A stretch of 64,000 bases of DNA from an uncultured cyanobacterium (GTDB lineage Bacteria > Cyanobacteriota > Cyanobacteriia > Phormidesmidales > Phormidesmidaceae), in the NCBI GenBank assembly GCA_963793265.1, contig CAWBZI010000004.1:512001-576000 (forward strand), given 5' to 3'. The translations under genes were made by a program, and so were the position numbers. Position 1 is the stretch's first letter, and each line of letters starts with the position of its first letter. Below are positions 40,603 through 51,377 of this stretch, piece by piece. The notes under the pieces are model-generated. The model made no database searches. It worked only from the letters and a program-made list of their open reading frames with translations, and had not been told where the DNA came from.

Positions 40603-42464
40603 AGCTTGTAGCTCGCTGTTGACGGTTGCGTTTTACCTTGGATTGGCTGAGTTGTTGTCGGCAGGTGTACTGCAAACTCACTGCCTTTACCAATGCCTTC
40701 GCTGCTGACATTAACAGAGCCATTATGCATTTCTACAAGCTGTTTTACCAGCGTTAAGCCAATTCCTAATCCGCCCTGTGATGAGGTTACCATTCCTGCA
40801 GAGGCCCGCTCCAAAGCGCCCTGCACCTGCGTGAAGAGATCAAAGATTTTAGGCAGCATTTCGGCAGAGATGCCAATGCCAGTATCTCTTACCACCACCG
40901 TTATCTCATCTGGCTGCACCTGTTGGGCTTCTACAAAAATCTCACTGCCTGGCTGGCTATATCGGCAAGCATTACTGAGCAAATTGCTGAATACCTGAAC
41001 TAGCCGCACAGGATCGGCATACAGGTAAACTGGCTGTGGTGGCAGTATTACCGTCAGATTATGCTTTGCGGCCTCAATCGCTGGCAGGCTAGTCTCAACC
41101 GACTGCTCAACCATAGAAGCAAGTTCGACAACTTCACAGCACAGAACTACCTTGCCCCGGCTAATTCGGCTAACGTCCATCAGCTCATCTATCAACCGCA
41201 CCATTTGAGCAAGCTGCCGCTCCATCATTGACTGAATACGTTCTGTCGTTTCGTTTCGCTCACCCCTCTTTTCGGCGGTGAGCCGCAGTATTTTTAGGCC
41301 ATTGCGAATAGGCGCTAGCGGATTGCGCAGTTCGTGAGCAAGTGTGGCTAAGAATTCGTCTTTGCGATGATTGGCTTCTGCTAAATTCGCGGCGAGCTGG
41401 CGGCGTTCAGCCTCAGTGCGCTTATTCTCTTCAATGTCAGTGCAGGTACCGAACCATTGGGTAATGCGGCCTGTTTCATCTCTAACCGGCAGCGCTCTCG
41501 CTAAAAACCAGCAGTATTCACCTTCTTTTGAGCGAAAGCGATACTCAATTTCGTAGGGTTCGCCTGTGCGTAGGGAATGCTGCCAGCGATCAATAGCCAC
41601 CTGCCGATCGTCTGGGTGTAGGGGCGCATTCCAACCAAAGCCAATGCATTCTTCAGGGGTACAGCCGATGTAGTCGTACCAGCGGCGATTGTAGTATTCG
41701 TGGTAGCCGTCGGGCCTTGTTACCCATACCATTTGCGGCATCGCATTTGTAATTTGGCGAAAGCGCTGTTCGCTGGCCTGCATAGAAGCGGCTGCCTGCT
41801 GCCGGGCTTCTAGATACTTTCTTAGCGCCGTGAGAAAAGCCAGCAGAGCGGCGAGCGCTAGCAGGCCGGAGAAAAGCCCGGTGAATACAGCCGTGCGGTA
41901 GGTTTGCTCGGCCTGTTGCGATCGCGCCTCCAAAGCCACCTGCTCAGTTTGAATCATCTGATCGGCAATGGATCGAATCGCATCCATTTCCCGCCTGCCC
42001 TCATTTGTAAAGACGCGCTTTTGGGCAGCTTCAAGACCAGAATTTTGCCTCAGTGCAATTGTGTCGGCCAGCTCGCTCAGCCTTATCTCGGTATGAAAAT
42101 TCATGTCTAGTGCGCGGGCCTGCTGCCGTGGGTCACGCGCAAACAGACGGTCTACTACCTGTAGTGCTTCGCCAATATTATCGACAGCCTGGCTGTAAGG
42201 CTCTAGATAAGCAGACTCTCCTGTTAGCAAAAAACCTCGCTGTCCGGTTTCAGCATCTACTGCCAGCGATACAACGTCTTCTATACTGGCAATTCGCTCG
42301 TAGGTGTGCGCGACCTGCTGGGTGTTTCTTTGTAGCCTGTGGATGTTGCGAGAGGTGATGGCGACGTTAGCAGCTAGGAGTGCGATCGCCACACCCGCTC
42401 CGGCTAACAAAGGCAGAGATTTGCGGTAAAGGGCGCGATCGCCGCTGTGACGTTGCTCAATCAT
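40599..42464 (-). CDS. CHASE3-PAS histidine kinase
   Basis: DAETGQRGFLLTG (CHASE3), HPDD (PAS), HELRNPL, DTGIG, GLGIGL. Confidence 0.93.
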   Translation of the reverse strand: MIEQRHSGDRALYRKSLPLLAGAGVAIALLAANVAITSRNIHRLQRNTQQVAHTYERIASIEDVVSLAVDAETGQRGFLLTGESAYLEPYSQAVDNIGEALQVVDRLFARDPRQQARALDMNFHTEIRLSELADTIALRQNSGLEAAQKRVFTNEGRREMDAIRSIADQMIQTEQVALEARSQQAEQTYRTAVFTGLFSGLLALAALLAFLTALRKYLEARQQAAASMQASEQRFRQITNAMPQMVWVTRPDGYHEYYNRRWYDYIGCTPEECIGFGWNAPLHPDDRQVAIDRWQHSLRTGEPYEIEYRFRSKEGEYCWFLARALPVRDETGRITQWFGTCTDIEENKRTEAERRQLAANLAEANHRKDEFLATLAHELRNPLAPIRNGLKILRLTAEKRGERNETTERIQSMMERQLAQMVRLIDELMDVSRISRGKVVLCCEVVELASMVEQSVETSLPAIEAAKHNLTVILPPQPVYLYADPVRLVQVFSNLLSNACRYSQPGSEIFVEAQQVQPDEITVVVRDTGIGISAEMLPKIFDLFTQVQGALERASAGMVTSSQGGLGIGLTLVKQLVEMHNGSVNVSSEGIGKGSEFAVHLPTTTQPIQGKTQPSTASYKL

Positions 42465-42604
42465 TCAAACAATAGCGGTTTTATCACACTAGCTAGCCAG
42501 AATAGATCGGAAGTTATTTAGGATCCAACAAAAGATATTAATATTCTTGCAGAAAAAACGAGTCTTTCTAGGAATAGATGAACTTAATGAGTGAGTGCGA
42601 TCGC

Positions 42605-43222
42605 TCAGCGTCCTGCTTTTAAAACTTGCTCTGCCGTAAGATCTAACTTCGGAAAGCTCACAGATTGTAGTGAATCCTGATTACAAAAAGTGCCTAACAA
42701 GCTGTAAGTATTGTCATTCAGCACCAGTACCAATACCCTCTGATGCGTTGGATCGACAATCCAATATTCCATAATGCCTCTCGCTGCATATTCCTGTCGC
42801 TTGTCTATATAGTCGCGGTCATAGTTCTTTTCTCCCGGCTCTCCAGGACTGACGACCTCTATAACTAACTGAGGCGCAGGCATATCAGGCAGAACTATCG
42901 ATCGCGTAGCTCCCGCGAGTTTTGTATCTAATGCTTCAGTCATCACCATCAAGTCTGGATAGCGAGTTTTCGCTGCGCGGCTGCTAATAGCAATCTCAGT
43001 TTTGGATGAGAGGAGATAGTGAGGAATACCCAAGCTTATAAAGTGCGCAAAGAGGAAGTTAGCGATTTGGACATTAAGAGTGCTTTCTGCTCCCATTTCT
43101 ATGATGACTCCATCAACTAGCTCGTAACGCTTCTCTTTGCCATCGATGTAAGCTAAATACTCATCAAGACTCATTAAGGTCTGTGCGGTAACGCTCGTGT
43201 CCATCCCATCAGCCTCTTGCAA
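42605..43222 (-). CDS. Uma2 family endonuclease
   Basis: YELVDG, RYPDL, IEVVSP, EYWIVDP; start may be 43204. Confidence 0.92.
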   Translation of the reverse strand: MQEADGMDTSVTAQTLMSLDEYLAYIDGKEKRYELVDGVIIEMGAESTLNVQIANFLFAHFISLGIPHYLLSSKTEIAISSRAAKTRYPDLMVMTEALDTKLAGATRSIVLPDMPAPQLVIEVVSPGEPGEKNYDRDYIDKRQEYAARGIMEYWIVDPTHQRVLVLVLNDNTYSLLGTFCNQDSLQSVSFPKLDLTAEQVLKAGR

Positions 43223-43366
43223 CTAAGAATTCTGATTTATTGTAACGAAACAGATATTTTGAAAAATCTTCTAAAACCCCGCTTCCGGCCATACAACAGC
43301 AGAAAACCCGCTGTATAGATATGGCGGGCTCTGCAATAGGACTATTTCATTTGCTTCACCGTGCTA

Positions 43367-44968
43367 TCACTCGTTCACCTGTATTGAAGGTGCAAGCACC
43401 TGTTCAGCACCGGGCAGCGTCATCACTCTAGAGAGCGGTGCAGCGTCCGGCACGTCCGGCAGCGTTGTCTGAATCTGAGCGGCTACCTCTACTGTCTTGG
43501 CACTGTAGGTTTGAATGGCCAGCTTTGGATACAGACCAATTCCGATAATGGGCACCAGTAAGCAAACTGCGACAAACGCCTCACGCGGCAAAATCTCCCA
43601 AGACTCACCTTTAGCAGGCTTCAGGTCGGTTTGCTCGCCGTAAAAGATACTGCGCAGCATTGAGAGCAGGTAGATAGGCGCGAGCACAACGCCAATAGCA
43701 CCTAGCAAGATAATGCCAGCTTTAAAGAAAACGTTGTAGGCATCGCTGGTTGCCATTCCTAAGAACACAGTAATTTCGGCGATAAAGCCGCTCATACCAG
43801 GCAGCGCCAAAGACGCCATCGACCCTGCTGTAAAGAAGGCAAAGGCAATTGGCATCGCTTTTGCCAGTCCGCCCATTTTCTCCATAGAAAGCGTGTGCGT
43901 ACGCTCGTAAGCCACACCAGATAGGAAAAATAGCACCGCCGCTACCAGTCCGTGAGAGATCATTTGTAGCATTGCGCCGCTCATGCCCAGCGAGTTGAAG
44001 GCCGCAAGACCGAGCAGTACAAAGCCCATATGCGCAATCGAAGAATACGCCAGTCGTCGCTTCAGGTTGTCTTGAGCAAAGGCTGTGAGCGAGCCATACA
44101 CAATATTAATGGTGCCTAAGGTCGCCAGCACAGGCGCAAAATACAGGTGCGCGTCAGGCAGTATCTCGATATTCATCCGAATTAGACCATAGCCTGCCAT
44201 CTTTAGCAGCACGCCAGCCAAGATCATAGAGATTGGCGCAGGGGCTTCACTGTGGGCGTCGGGTAGCCAGGTGTGCAGTGGGAAAATAGGCAGCTTCGCA
44301 CCGAAGGCAACCAGCAGGCCCAAATAGCAAATGAGCTGGAACGGCAGCGAATATTCTTTCGCCGCTAGCTCAGTGAGATTAAAGCTAAACCCTTGGCCCG
44401 AGAAGGCCAGCGCCAGCGCCACTACTAGGATGAAGACGGAGCAGGTGGCGGTGTAAATAATAAACTTAGTGGCGGCGTACTGCCTTTTTTGACCGCCCCA
44501 AATGGCAATCAGCAGGTACACGGGCACCAGCTCTAGCTCCCACATGATGAAAAACAGCATCATGTCTTGAGCCAAAAATACGCCAAGCTGTGCGCTAAAC
44601 ATCAGCAGCAGCATAGAGTAATACAGGCGCGGCTTAAGCTTGACATTCCAAGAAGCCACCACCGCTAAGGTTGTGACCAAACCGCTGAGTACCACCAGCG
44701 GAAAAGACAAACCATCGACCCCCAAAGACCAGCTCAATCCAAACTGGGGAATCCAAGAAAATTCTTCGACGAGCTGTAGTCCTGACGTGCCCAGTTCGTA
44801 CTGGGTCGCAAAGACATAAATAATTAATCCAAATTCTGCGAGGCTCGCGCCTAGTGCATACCAGCGAATGGTTTTACCTTCTTTATCTGGCAGCAAAGGA
44901 ATAGGCATTGCGGCCAAAAGCGGGAAGATGACTAGAAACGTCAGCCACGGAAATTGTTCACCGATCAT
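43367..44968 (-). CDS. ndhD: NAD(P)H-quinone oxidoreductase chain 4
   Basis: [26 protein letters not shown]. Confidence 0.95.
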   Translation of the reverse strand: MIGEQFPWLTFLVIFPLLAAMPIPLLPDKEGKTIRWYALGASLAEFGLIIYVFATQYELGTSGLQLVEEFSWIPQFGLSWSLGVDGLSFPLVVLSGLVTTLAVVASWNVKLKPRLYYSMLLLMFSAQLGVFLAQDMMLFFIMWELELVPVYLLIAIWGGQKRQYAATKFIIYTATCSVFILVVALALAFSGQGFSFNLTELAAKEYSLPFQLICYLGLLVAFGAKLPIFPLHTWLPDAHSEAPAPISMILAGVLLKMAGYGLIRMNIEILPDAHLYFAPVLATLGTINIVYGSLTAFAQDNLKRRLAYSSIAHMGFVLLGLAAFNSLGMSGAMLQMISHGLVAAVLFFLSGVAYERTHTLSMEKMGGLAKAMPIAFAFFTAGSMASLALPGMSGFIAEITVFLGMATSDAYNVFFKAGIILLGAIGVVLAPIYLLSMLRSIFYGEQTDLKPAKGESWEILPREAFVAVCLLVPIIGIGLYPKLAIQTYSAKTVEVAAQIQTTLPDVPDAAPLSRVMTLPGAEQVLAPSIQVNE

Positions 44969-45237
44969 TACAATTCACGCAATTTCGTTACGGGCAAAGG
45001 CGCAGTCATTCCCAGAAAGAAGGGTCTAGAGAGTCTAGGCAAAACTAACGGATGGGCATAAGCACAAATACTTATTTGATTGCGCCCAAGGGCTAGTATA
45101 CAAAACTTAACCAACCTTTGTTAATGAAAGTGTGCCCCGAGAAATAAATAATCAATATTGATATATCAATTTCGTGACAAGACTATACCCCGTGGTTGGT
45201 CATCATCAGCGCTACTGAGGTGCAAACGCAGCCAAAC

Positions 45238-46167
45238 TTAACCAATCAGCTCGGCCACCGCACCTTGCGTATCTATCTGGAGGCAGTGGGCGCGCGCTGC
45301 AAACTTTTGTGGCGTCCAAGCAGCTTCCATGGCTTCGCGCACTAGCTCAGCAACATCAGCAGAGCAAAGGGCGAGTAGAGTTGGGCCTGAGCCGCTGATC
45401 ACCAGGCCCCATGCTCCGGCTTTGAGGGCGGCGCGGCGAACGTTTTCGTAGCCGGGGATGAGTTTTTTGCGGTAGGGCTGATGGATGCGATCGCCCATCC
45501 CTCCACCAATCCAATCTCCGTTTCCCGTCGCAATTCCCCGCAGCAGCAAAGCAATATGCGCCGTATTAAAGATCGTATCGGCCCGGCTATAGTGCGCAGG
45601 CAGCACCCGCCGAGCATCGGCTGTAGACACCTCAAAATCAGGAATAATCACCACGGGCACCACCGACTCATGCCAGGGCAAATCGCACACTTGCAGCCGT
45701 CCTTTAGTGATCGCTGCTAGCTGAGCCCCGCCTAGCAGCGCAGGCACCACATTATCAGGATGGCCCTCTATTTCATTGGCTAAGGCCACCAAAACTGATT
45801 TATTCAGTGGCGAACCTGCCAGCGCATTTGCGCCCATAATGCCGCCAACAATGGCAGTTGATGAGCTACCTAAACCGCGTGAAAGCGGTACGCCTAACAC
45901 AATCCGAATATGAACAGGAGGCGCTGGCTGACCGATGCGCTCGTAGCACTTTAGATAGGCTCGATAGACCAGATTGCTTGCGCCGCTGTTGACCCGGCTC
46001 GACTCAATGCCTTCGATGGTGATCTGAAACGGTTCACTGTCAGAAAGGGGCGTGAAGGGCGTGAAGTGAAAGCGATTGTAGAGCGTGAACGCGGCCCCGA
46101 GGCAGTCAAACCCAGGGCCGATGTTGGCAGTCGTCGCAGGAACAGTAACGGTGACGGAAGAGGGCAC
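45238..46167 (-). CDS. thrB: Homoserine kinase
   Basis: PATTANIGPGFD, PLSRGLGSSS, EGHPDN, SGSGPT. Confidence 0.97.
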   Translation of the reverse strand: MPSSVTVTVPATTANIGPGFDCLGAAFTLYNRFHFTPFTPLSDSEPFQITIEGIESSRVNSGASNLVYRAYLKCYERIGQPAPPVHIRIVLGVPLSRGLGSSSTAIVGGIMGANALAGSPLNKSVLVALANEIEGHPDNVVPALLGGAQLAAITKGRLQVCDLPWHESVVPVVIIPDFEVSTADARRVLPAHYSRADTIFNTAHIALLLRGIATGNGDWIGGGMGDRIHQPYRKKLIPGYENVRRAALKAGAWGLVISGSGPTLLALCSADVAELVREAMEAAWTPQKFAARAHCLQIDTQGAVAELIG

Positions 46168-46273
46168 GAGAGAATTAGTCCTAACCGCAGTTAGGCGTTA
46201 GACGATTCTCGCTATTGTATAGGACTCTTCCGAACATCTCTGCGTGAGTTAGGTCGCGATCGCTGCTAAACGG

Positions 46274-46893
46274 CTAAGGAACTGCATGGTGGAGTGAGAT
46301 TTCAGAGACGGTGCCGTCAGGCGTAAGAGAAAGGGTGACAGCACAGGTATCGATAAATCGGGCGTCTCCGCCGTTGTTGAGCGCGGTCATACACCCGGAA
46401 TATCTTTCGCGGTTGGGCTCACTCCCTTCGATGTCGGTGTCTGCAACAGTAAAGTCAATTTCTGAATGAGTATCTAAGATTTGGGCATAGGCGATCGCCG
46501 TTGCCTTAGAGACAGGCTCTCTGGGGAGTAAAGACACTTTAGTTGCGCCGAAGTCGTAGGGGGCTGCGATGAGTAACGCGTCTTGAAAGGCGTATTTTTG
46601 ATAGGTGCAGTCGTAGGCTCCGGGCACGCAGAGCCCTGCTTGCAGTAGCTTGCTGAATACTGCCTGCGCTTCTGGGTAGGAAACGACTGACTGTAGGTCA
46701 AGATCAAGTTTGTCTACGATTGCATTTAGGTTGTCTACTGGATCTTTGGTGAGGGGAGGCTGTGCTCACATATTCATCAGAAAAATGAGCGGGCTGTGAG
46801 CATGAGAATGTCAGTAAACCTGCAAAGACTGCTAGAAATCCGCGTGTGATTGGCTTGTTATATGTTTCTGTTGCTTTTATATATGAAATTCAT
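46274..46893 (-). pseudogene. Probable frameshifted lipoprotein gene
   Basis: The ORF-track frame stays open upstream to about 46765. A shifted frame encodes KPITRGFLAVFAGLLTFSC (lipobox-like). The nearest ATG (46893) needs a second shift. Confidence 0.5.
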
Positions 46894-46916
46894 GGATAGG
46901 AACGTTGTAGCGCAAA

Positions 46917-46976
46917 GAGGGCGTAATACCTTATGCTCCTACATCAGATTCCGTAGGGGCGTAATGCCTTACGACC
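46917..46976. repeat. Pair of inverted GTAG-type REP-like palindromes
   Basis: Minus strand GTAGGAGCATAAggtaTTACGCCCT; plus strand GTAGGGGCGTAAtgccTTACGACC; 10-bp spacer. Confidence 0.6.
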
Positions 46977-47060
46977 AGTGCAATAAATACCGCTGGTGTC
47001 AGCATTCTATTTTGTTTCTTTCCATATAGATTTAATCCCAGTTAGAAGAAACAGGAAACG

Positions 47061-48833
47061 CTAGAAATCACCCCGGTGCTTCAGGGCTGCTTCTAAGCGA
47101 CTTAGGACTTCAGGCAGCGTGATCGCACCCAAATCCCCCTCCTTCCGCGTCCGCACGCTTAGCGTTTTACCCTCTACTTCCTTATCCCCAATCACCGACA
47201 TCACCGGAATCTTTGCTTTCTCAGAGTTGCGAATCATCTTCCCAAGCCGCTCCCCGCTTTTATCAACCTCAACGCGTACGCCAAGCTGCCTCATTTGAGC
47301 TGCCGCATCATCAGCATAGGCAAAGTGATCGGCAGTTACCGGCAGTAGTCGCACCTGCTCAGGGGCAAGCCACACCGGAAAATCGCCCGCATACTGCTCA
47401 ATCAAAATACCGATCAGGCGCTCTAGCGAGCCAAACGGCGCACGGTGGATCATCACGGGTCGCTGGCGCGTGCCGTCTTCAGCCACGTATTCAAGATCAA
47501 ACCGTTCAGGCAGGTTGTAGTCTACCTGCACTGTGCCAAGCTGCCACTCTCTATCTAGGGCATCGCGCACAATAAAGTCGAGCTTAGGGCCATAGAAAGC
47601 CGCCTCTCCAATGCCTTCAAAGTGATCCATGCCCATCTTTTCTACAGCCTGGCGGATCGCATCCTGGGATTTTTCCCAAGCATCGTCCGAGCCGATGTAC
47701 TTCGATTTGTTCTCAGGGTCGCGAAAGCTTAGCCGCGCCTTGAAGGACTGATCAAGCTGTAGCGCTCGCAGCGTTGTTTGAATGAGATCTACGACCTTTA
47801 GAAATTCCTCGTTAAGCTGCTCAGGCGTCACAAACAAATGAGCGTCATCTTGTGTAAAGCCACGTACCCGAGTGAGTCCGCCTAATTCGCCTGACTGCTC
47901 ATAGCGATATACCGTACCGAACTCTGCATATCGCAGCGGCAGTTCTTTGTACGACCGTAGCTGGCTCTTATAAATCTCCACATGAAAAGGGCAGTTCATC
48001 GCCTTGAGCACAAACCCGTCTTTCTCGTCTTCGCCCATCATCGGGAAAAGGTCGTCTTTGTACTTCTGCCAGTGTCCAGAGGTCTTAAACAAGTCCACTT
48101 TGCCTACGTGAGGCGTTACAACCGGCAAGTAACCTCTAGCAACCTGCTCATCCTTAAGAAAATTTTCTAATGTAGATCGCAGTATCGTCCCCTTGGGCGT
48201 CCACATCGGTAGCCCCGGCCCAACCACATCAGAAAAGACAAACAGCTCTAGTTCTTTGCCCAGCTTGCGGTGATCGCGGCGCTTAGCTTCTTCTATCCGA
48301 CGCTGATATTCCTTCAGCTCCTCAGGCGTTTCCCAAGCCGTGCCATAAATCCGCTGAAGCTGGGCCTTATTCTCGTCCCCACGCCAGTACGCACCCGCTA
48401 CGCTATCGAGCGAAAACGCCTTTGGATTTAGCTCTTTGGTAGCCTCAACATGCGGCCCAGCGCACAAGTCCCACCACTCATCGCCCAGGTGATAGAGCGT
48501 AATTGGCTCCTGCAAACCTTCTAAAATCTCTAGCTTATAGGGCTCATCGAGTTCTTTAATGCGGCGCTCAGCTTCTTCTCGACTCACCTCTTCGCGAACC
48601 ACCGGCAGACCCTTATTGATGATTTTGATCATCTCTCTTTTAATCGACTTCAAATCCTTGTCTGTGAAGGGCTCAGGGTTGTCAAAGTCGTAGTAAAAGC
48701 CGTAGTCAATAGACGGCCCAATGGTCACCTGCGCTTTGGGAAACAAACGCTGCACGGCCATTGCCATCACGTGAGAGAAAGTATGGCGGATGCGCTCCAG
48801 CTTTTCAGATTCGTGAGTCCGCAGCAGCTTCAT
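47061..48833 (-). CDS. thrS: Threonine--tRNA ligase
   Basis: DLCAGPH, RDHRKLG, MNCPFH, IHRAPFGSLER. Confidence 0.98.
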   Translation of the reverse strand: MKLLRTHESEKLERIRHTFSHVMAMAVQRLFPKAQVTIGPSIDYGFYYDFDNPEPFTDKDLKSIKREMIKIINKGLPVVREEVSREEAERRIKELDEPYKLEILEGLQEPITLYHLGDEWWDLCAGPHVEATKELNPKAFSLDSVAGAYWRGDENKAQLQRIYGTAWETPEELKEYQRRIEEAKRRDHRKLGKELELFVFSDVVGPGLPMWTPKGTILRSTLENFLKDEQVARGYLPVVTPHVGKVDLFKTSGHWQKYKDDLFPMMGEDEKDGFVLKAMNCPFHVEIYKSQLRSYKELPLRYAEFGTVYRYEQSGELGGLTRVRGFTQDDAHLFVTPEQLNEEFLKVVDLIQTTLRALQLDQSFKARLSFRDPENKSKYIGSDDAWEKSQDAIRQAVEKMGMDHFEGIGEAAFYGPKLDFIVRDALDREWQLGTVQVDYNLPERFDLEYVAEDGTRQRPVMIHRAPFGSLERLIGILIEQYAGDFPVWLAPEQVRLLPVTADHFAYADDAAAQMRQLGVRVEVDKSGERLGKMIRNSEKAKIPVMSVIGDKEVEGKTLSVRTRKEGDLGAITLPEVLSRLEAALKHRGDF

Positions 48834-49462
48834 AAATTAGGTCAATGAATAATAAGGTACTAAGTGTAGCGCGATCGCCCCAACTAACGAATAGCATTTG
48901 CTCAAGAATCTATCGCAATTTTGATAATTTATCTGCTACCATGCAAGCTCAGTGCCTCGTAATCGACTTTTTCCTGGAGCCTTTTGGCCTACGGATTTTC
49001 TGTCTACGGATAGAACAAGCATACGGACAACAGCGCTATTCTTACGAAAGATAAACAGTTTGAAGCTGTTGTGACACCTATTCGCTATAAATTGATAGCA
49101 AATAAGTTTTAGAGCACTCGTGCAAGGTTGATTAAAACTAGCTGAGAGCAAGCGTCGTCAGCTGTAGTAAACAGTAGCCATAATTCCAGTAAAGACGGCG
49201 TTATAGCTACGAATCTGGGAGCAAAGCAGTTTTGTCGTGAAGTTTCGCTTCAGGTCAACGCTCTTTTGGCGGATGGTCTATCTCTAATGCAATCTATTTA
49301 GGCATCGAAGCATATAGTGCACAGCAACTAACCTTTGACCAAAAGTTCTAGGATCTAGGTCTATACAACATTCGAGAGTCCGCAAGTTGCGACCCTGTAA
49401 TAGTGAACCTATTAGGGCGCAGCGTCTCTCACTCACTCCAACAACATTCTCACAACTGAATT

Positions 49463-49732
49463 ATGACAAAAGCAACCGCAGTTAAGCCACTCGATAGCGC
49501 AGTGGCAGCGCACCCCATGGACAAGTTTCAACGAAAGGTACGATCGCTCGTAGAAACTAAGGCCGTTTCTCCCACAGACAAACTGTGGAAAATTGCCTTT
49601 ATCTTCGGCGACAAATGGCCTCATTGGAAGGCAGAACTAGAATCGTTCGACTTCACCACGCAAGACGCTATTAGCGAACTGCTCGCAGTAGACTGCTGGG
49701 AAGAAGATGAGGAAGAATCCGTTAGCGCTTAG
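49463..49732 (+). CDS. DUF4327 family protein
   Basis: HPMDKFQRKVRSLV..LWKIA..W..WKAEL..DF pattern, recognised from memory. Confidence 0.75.
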   Translation: MTKATAVKPLDSAVAAHPMDKFQRKVRSLVETKAVSPTDKLWKIAFIFGDKWPHWKAELESFDFTTQDAISELLAVDCWEEDEEESVSA

Positions 49733-49786
49733 ACGTTGATTTGTCAGGGCTTAGCCATACATCAGCCATGCAAAAGCCAGATACGG

Positions 49787-50284
49787 CTACGGTTTTCCTT
49801 TGTGAATAAGCTTGCCTAAATTGTTAGGATCGATGTCGTAAGCTCGGCCAAAGCCGACAACAAATCGACCACCCTGCGGACATAGCTGAAAGATCCGAAA
49901 GTCGGACAGTCCTTTCATGACTTCAACAATATTGCCAAAGCGAGCCTCGAACTGCCTCGCTATCGCCTCCCAAGGCGCGCTTTCCCTTTCTAATAAGCGC
50001 GCCGTACAGTCGTAGCTCAAACGCTTGCGAGCAAACATCTGCTGAGTTTTGACTTCATCTTCAATAAACAGCACGCTTGCTTTGCCCGTTGCTGTCAAAT
50101 TTTGTGTGTGGGCCGATAGCCCGCTGACAAATATATAGACGTTGCGATTCTCGTCAATGACGCAGGGCGCATAGCTAGCCTGTGGCTGACCGCTTTCGCT
50201 GGTTGTGCCTAAAATAGCGCTGCCAAACTGGTCGGGAAAGGTTCGATAGTCCTGAATGAGCGAATCTTGAGATGAGTCGGCCAT
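49787..50284 (-). CDS. HugZ-like pyridoxamine 5'-phosphate oxidase family protein
   Basis: ASYAP, SGLSAHTQNL, GRFVVGFGRAY. Confidence 0.85.
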   Translation of the reverse strand: MADSSQDSLIQDYRTFPDQFGSAILGTTSESGQPQASYAPCVIDENRNVYIFVSGLSAHTQNLTATGKASVLFIEDEVKTQQMFARKRLSYDCTARLLERESAPWEAIARQFEARFGNIVEVMKGLSDFRIFQLCPQGGRFVVGFGRAYDIDPNNLGKLIHKGKP

Positions 50285-50557
50285 AATCAAAGCGGCAGTT
50301 AAATCTGTGATACAAGCGGTTAAAAAGCGGCCATAAGGCAGTTCTTCAAAAATAGCAGTCTTTGGGAGCGTTGCGCTGAGGGTTCAAAGATATTCGCGGC
50401 GGTAGCTGGCTATCTCTCAATAGAAGGGTGTATGGGTCTTTCGAGACTGGTACTGTATAAAGGCGTAGTCTTAATATTTCTACATAAAGCGGTTTGTGAC
50501 CACTTCTATTTCAGCCACAAGCTTTAGCGCCTTCCCCTTATTAGAGTCTCTTGCTTC

Positions 50558-51298
50558 ATGACCGCTCGTTCTTTTCCGCCCGCCCTCGTCAGAGAATCTA
50601 TTGTTTCTATCTCTGTTGCCGTCACAATTGTGATGCTGTGGGGGCTGACGGTGTACGGCAGCTTATTTGTGCTGCCAAATGTCAGCGTAATGCCTGTAGC
50701 CGGTGTGCTGTCGGTCATTGCTGTGCGTTCTTTTTTACACACGGGTCTGTTTATCTTGGCTCACGACGCGATGCACGGAACGTTGGTGCCTGCCTCTGCC
50801 AAGATAAACGATTGGATTGGGCGAATTGTCTTGCGGATATACAGCTTTTTGTCTTTCGACAAGATGCGAGAGTACCACCATCAGCACCATCGCACACCCG
50901 CTCAGTCGAGCGATCCTGACTTTTATCCCGGTAGCTTTTGGCCCTGGTACTTCAACTTCATGCGCGTCTATATAAAAGGCGGGCAGGGCTGGGTCATTTT
51001 TTGGGGCATGTCTGCTTTTTTCTATCCGTTAATCTGGGGCTTTCACGCACCGATTCTTAATGTGGTTCTCTTTTGGCTGCTGCCCCAAGGGCTTAGCTCA
51101 TTACAGCTATTTTATTTTGGGACATATCTCCCCCACAGAAAGCCCGTAGGCGGCCACACGAACGCGCATCGGGCTACTAGCTCTCAGGCTTCGCCGTTTT
51201 GGTCATTTTTAAGCTGCTACCATTTCGACTATCATTGGGAGCACCACCAGTATCCACATCTGCCGTGGTACAAGCTACCTTCTGCACATAGCCGCTGA
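50558..51298 (+). CDS. crtW: Beta-carotene ketolase
   Basis: TGLFILAHDAMHG, HHQHH, QLFYFGTYLPH, CYHFDYHWEHH. Confidence 0.88.
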   Translation: MTARSFPPALVRESIVSISVAVTIVMLWGLTVYGSLFVLPNVSVMPVAGVLSVIAVRSFLHTGLFILAHDAMHGTLVPASAKINDWIGRIVLRIYSFLSFDKMREYHHQHHRTPAQSSDPDFYPGSFWPWYFNFMRVYIKGGQGWVIFWGMSAFFYPLIWGFHAPILNVVLFWLLPQGLSSLQLFYFGTYLPHRKPVGGHTNAHRATSSQASPFWSFLSCYHFDYHWEHHQYPHLPWYKLPSAHSR

Positions 51299-51377
51299 TA
51301 GGGGTGCTAAAAAGTTTTGTCAGGCGATCGCAATCGCCTACAGGAAACATATAAAACAAGTTTGGGGTATCTATATT

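Noticed and set aside
42605..43222. Uma2 nuclease as a defence system
   Set aside because: Uma2 paralogues are common scattered genes in cyanobacteria, and there are no partner genes here.
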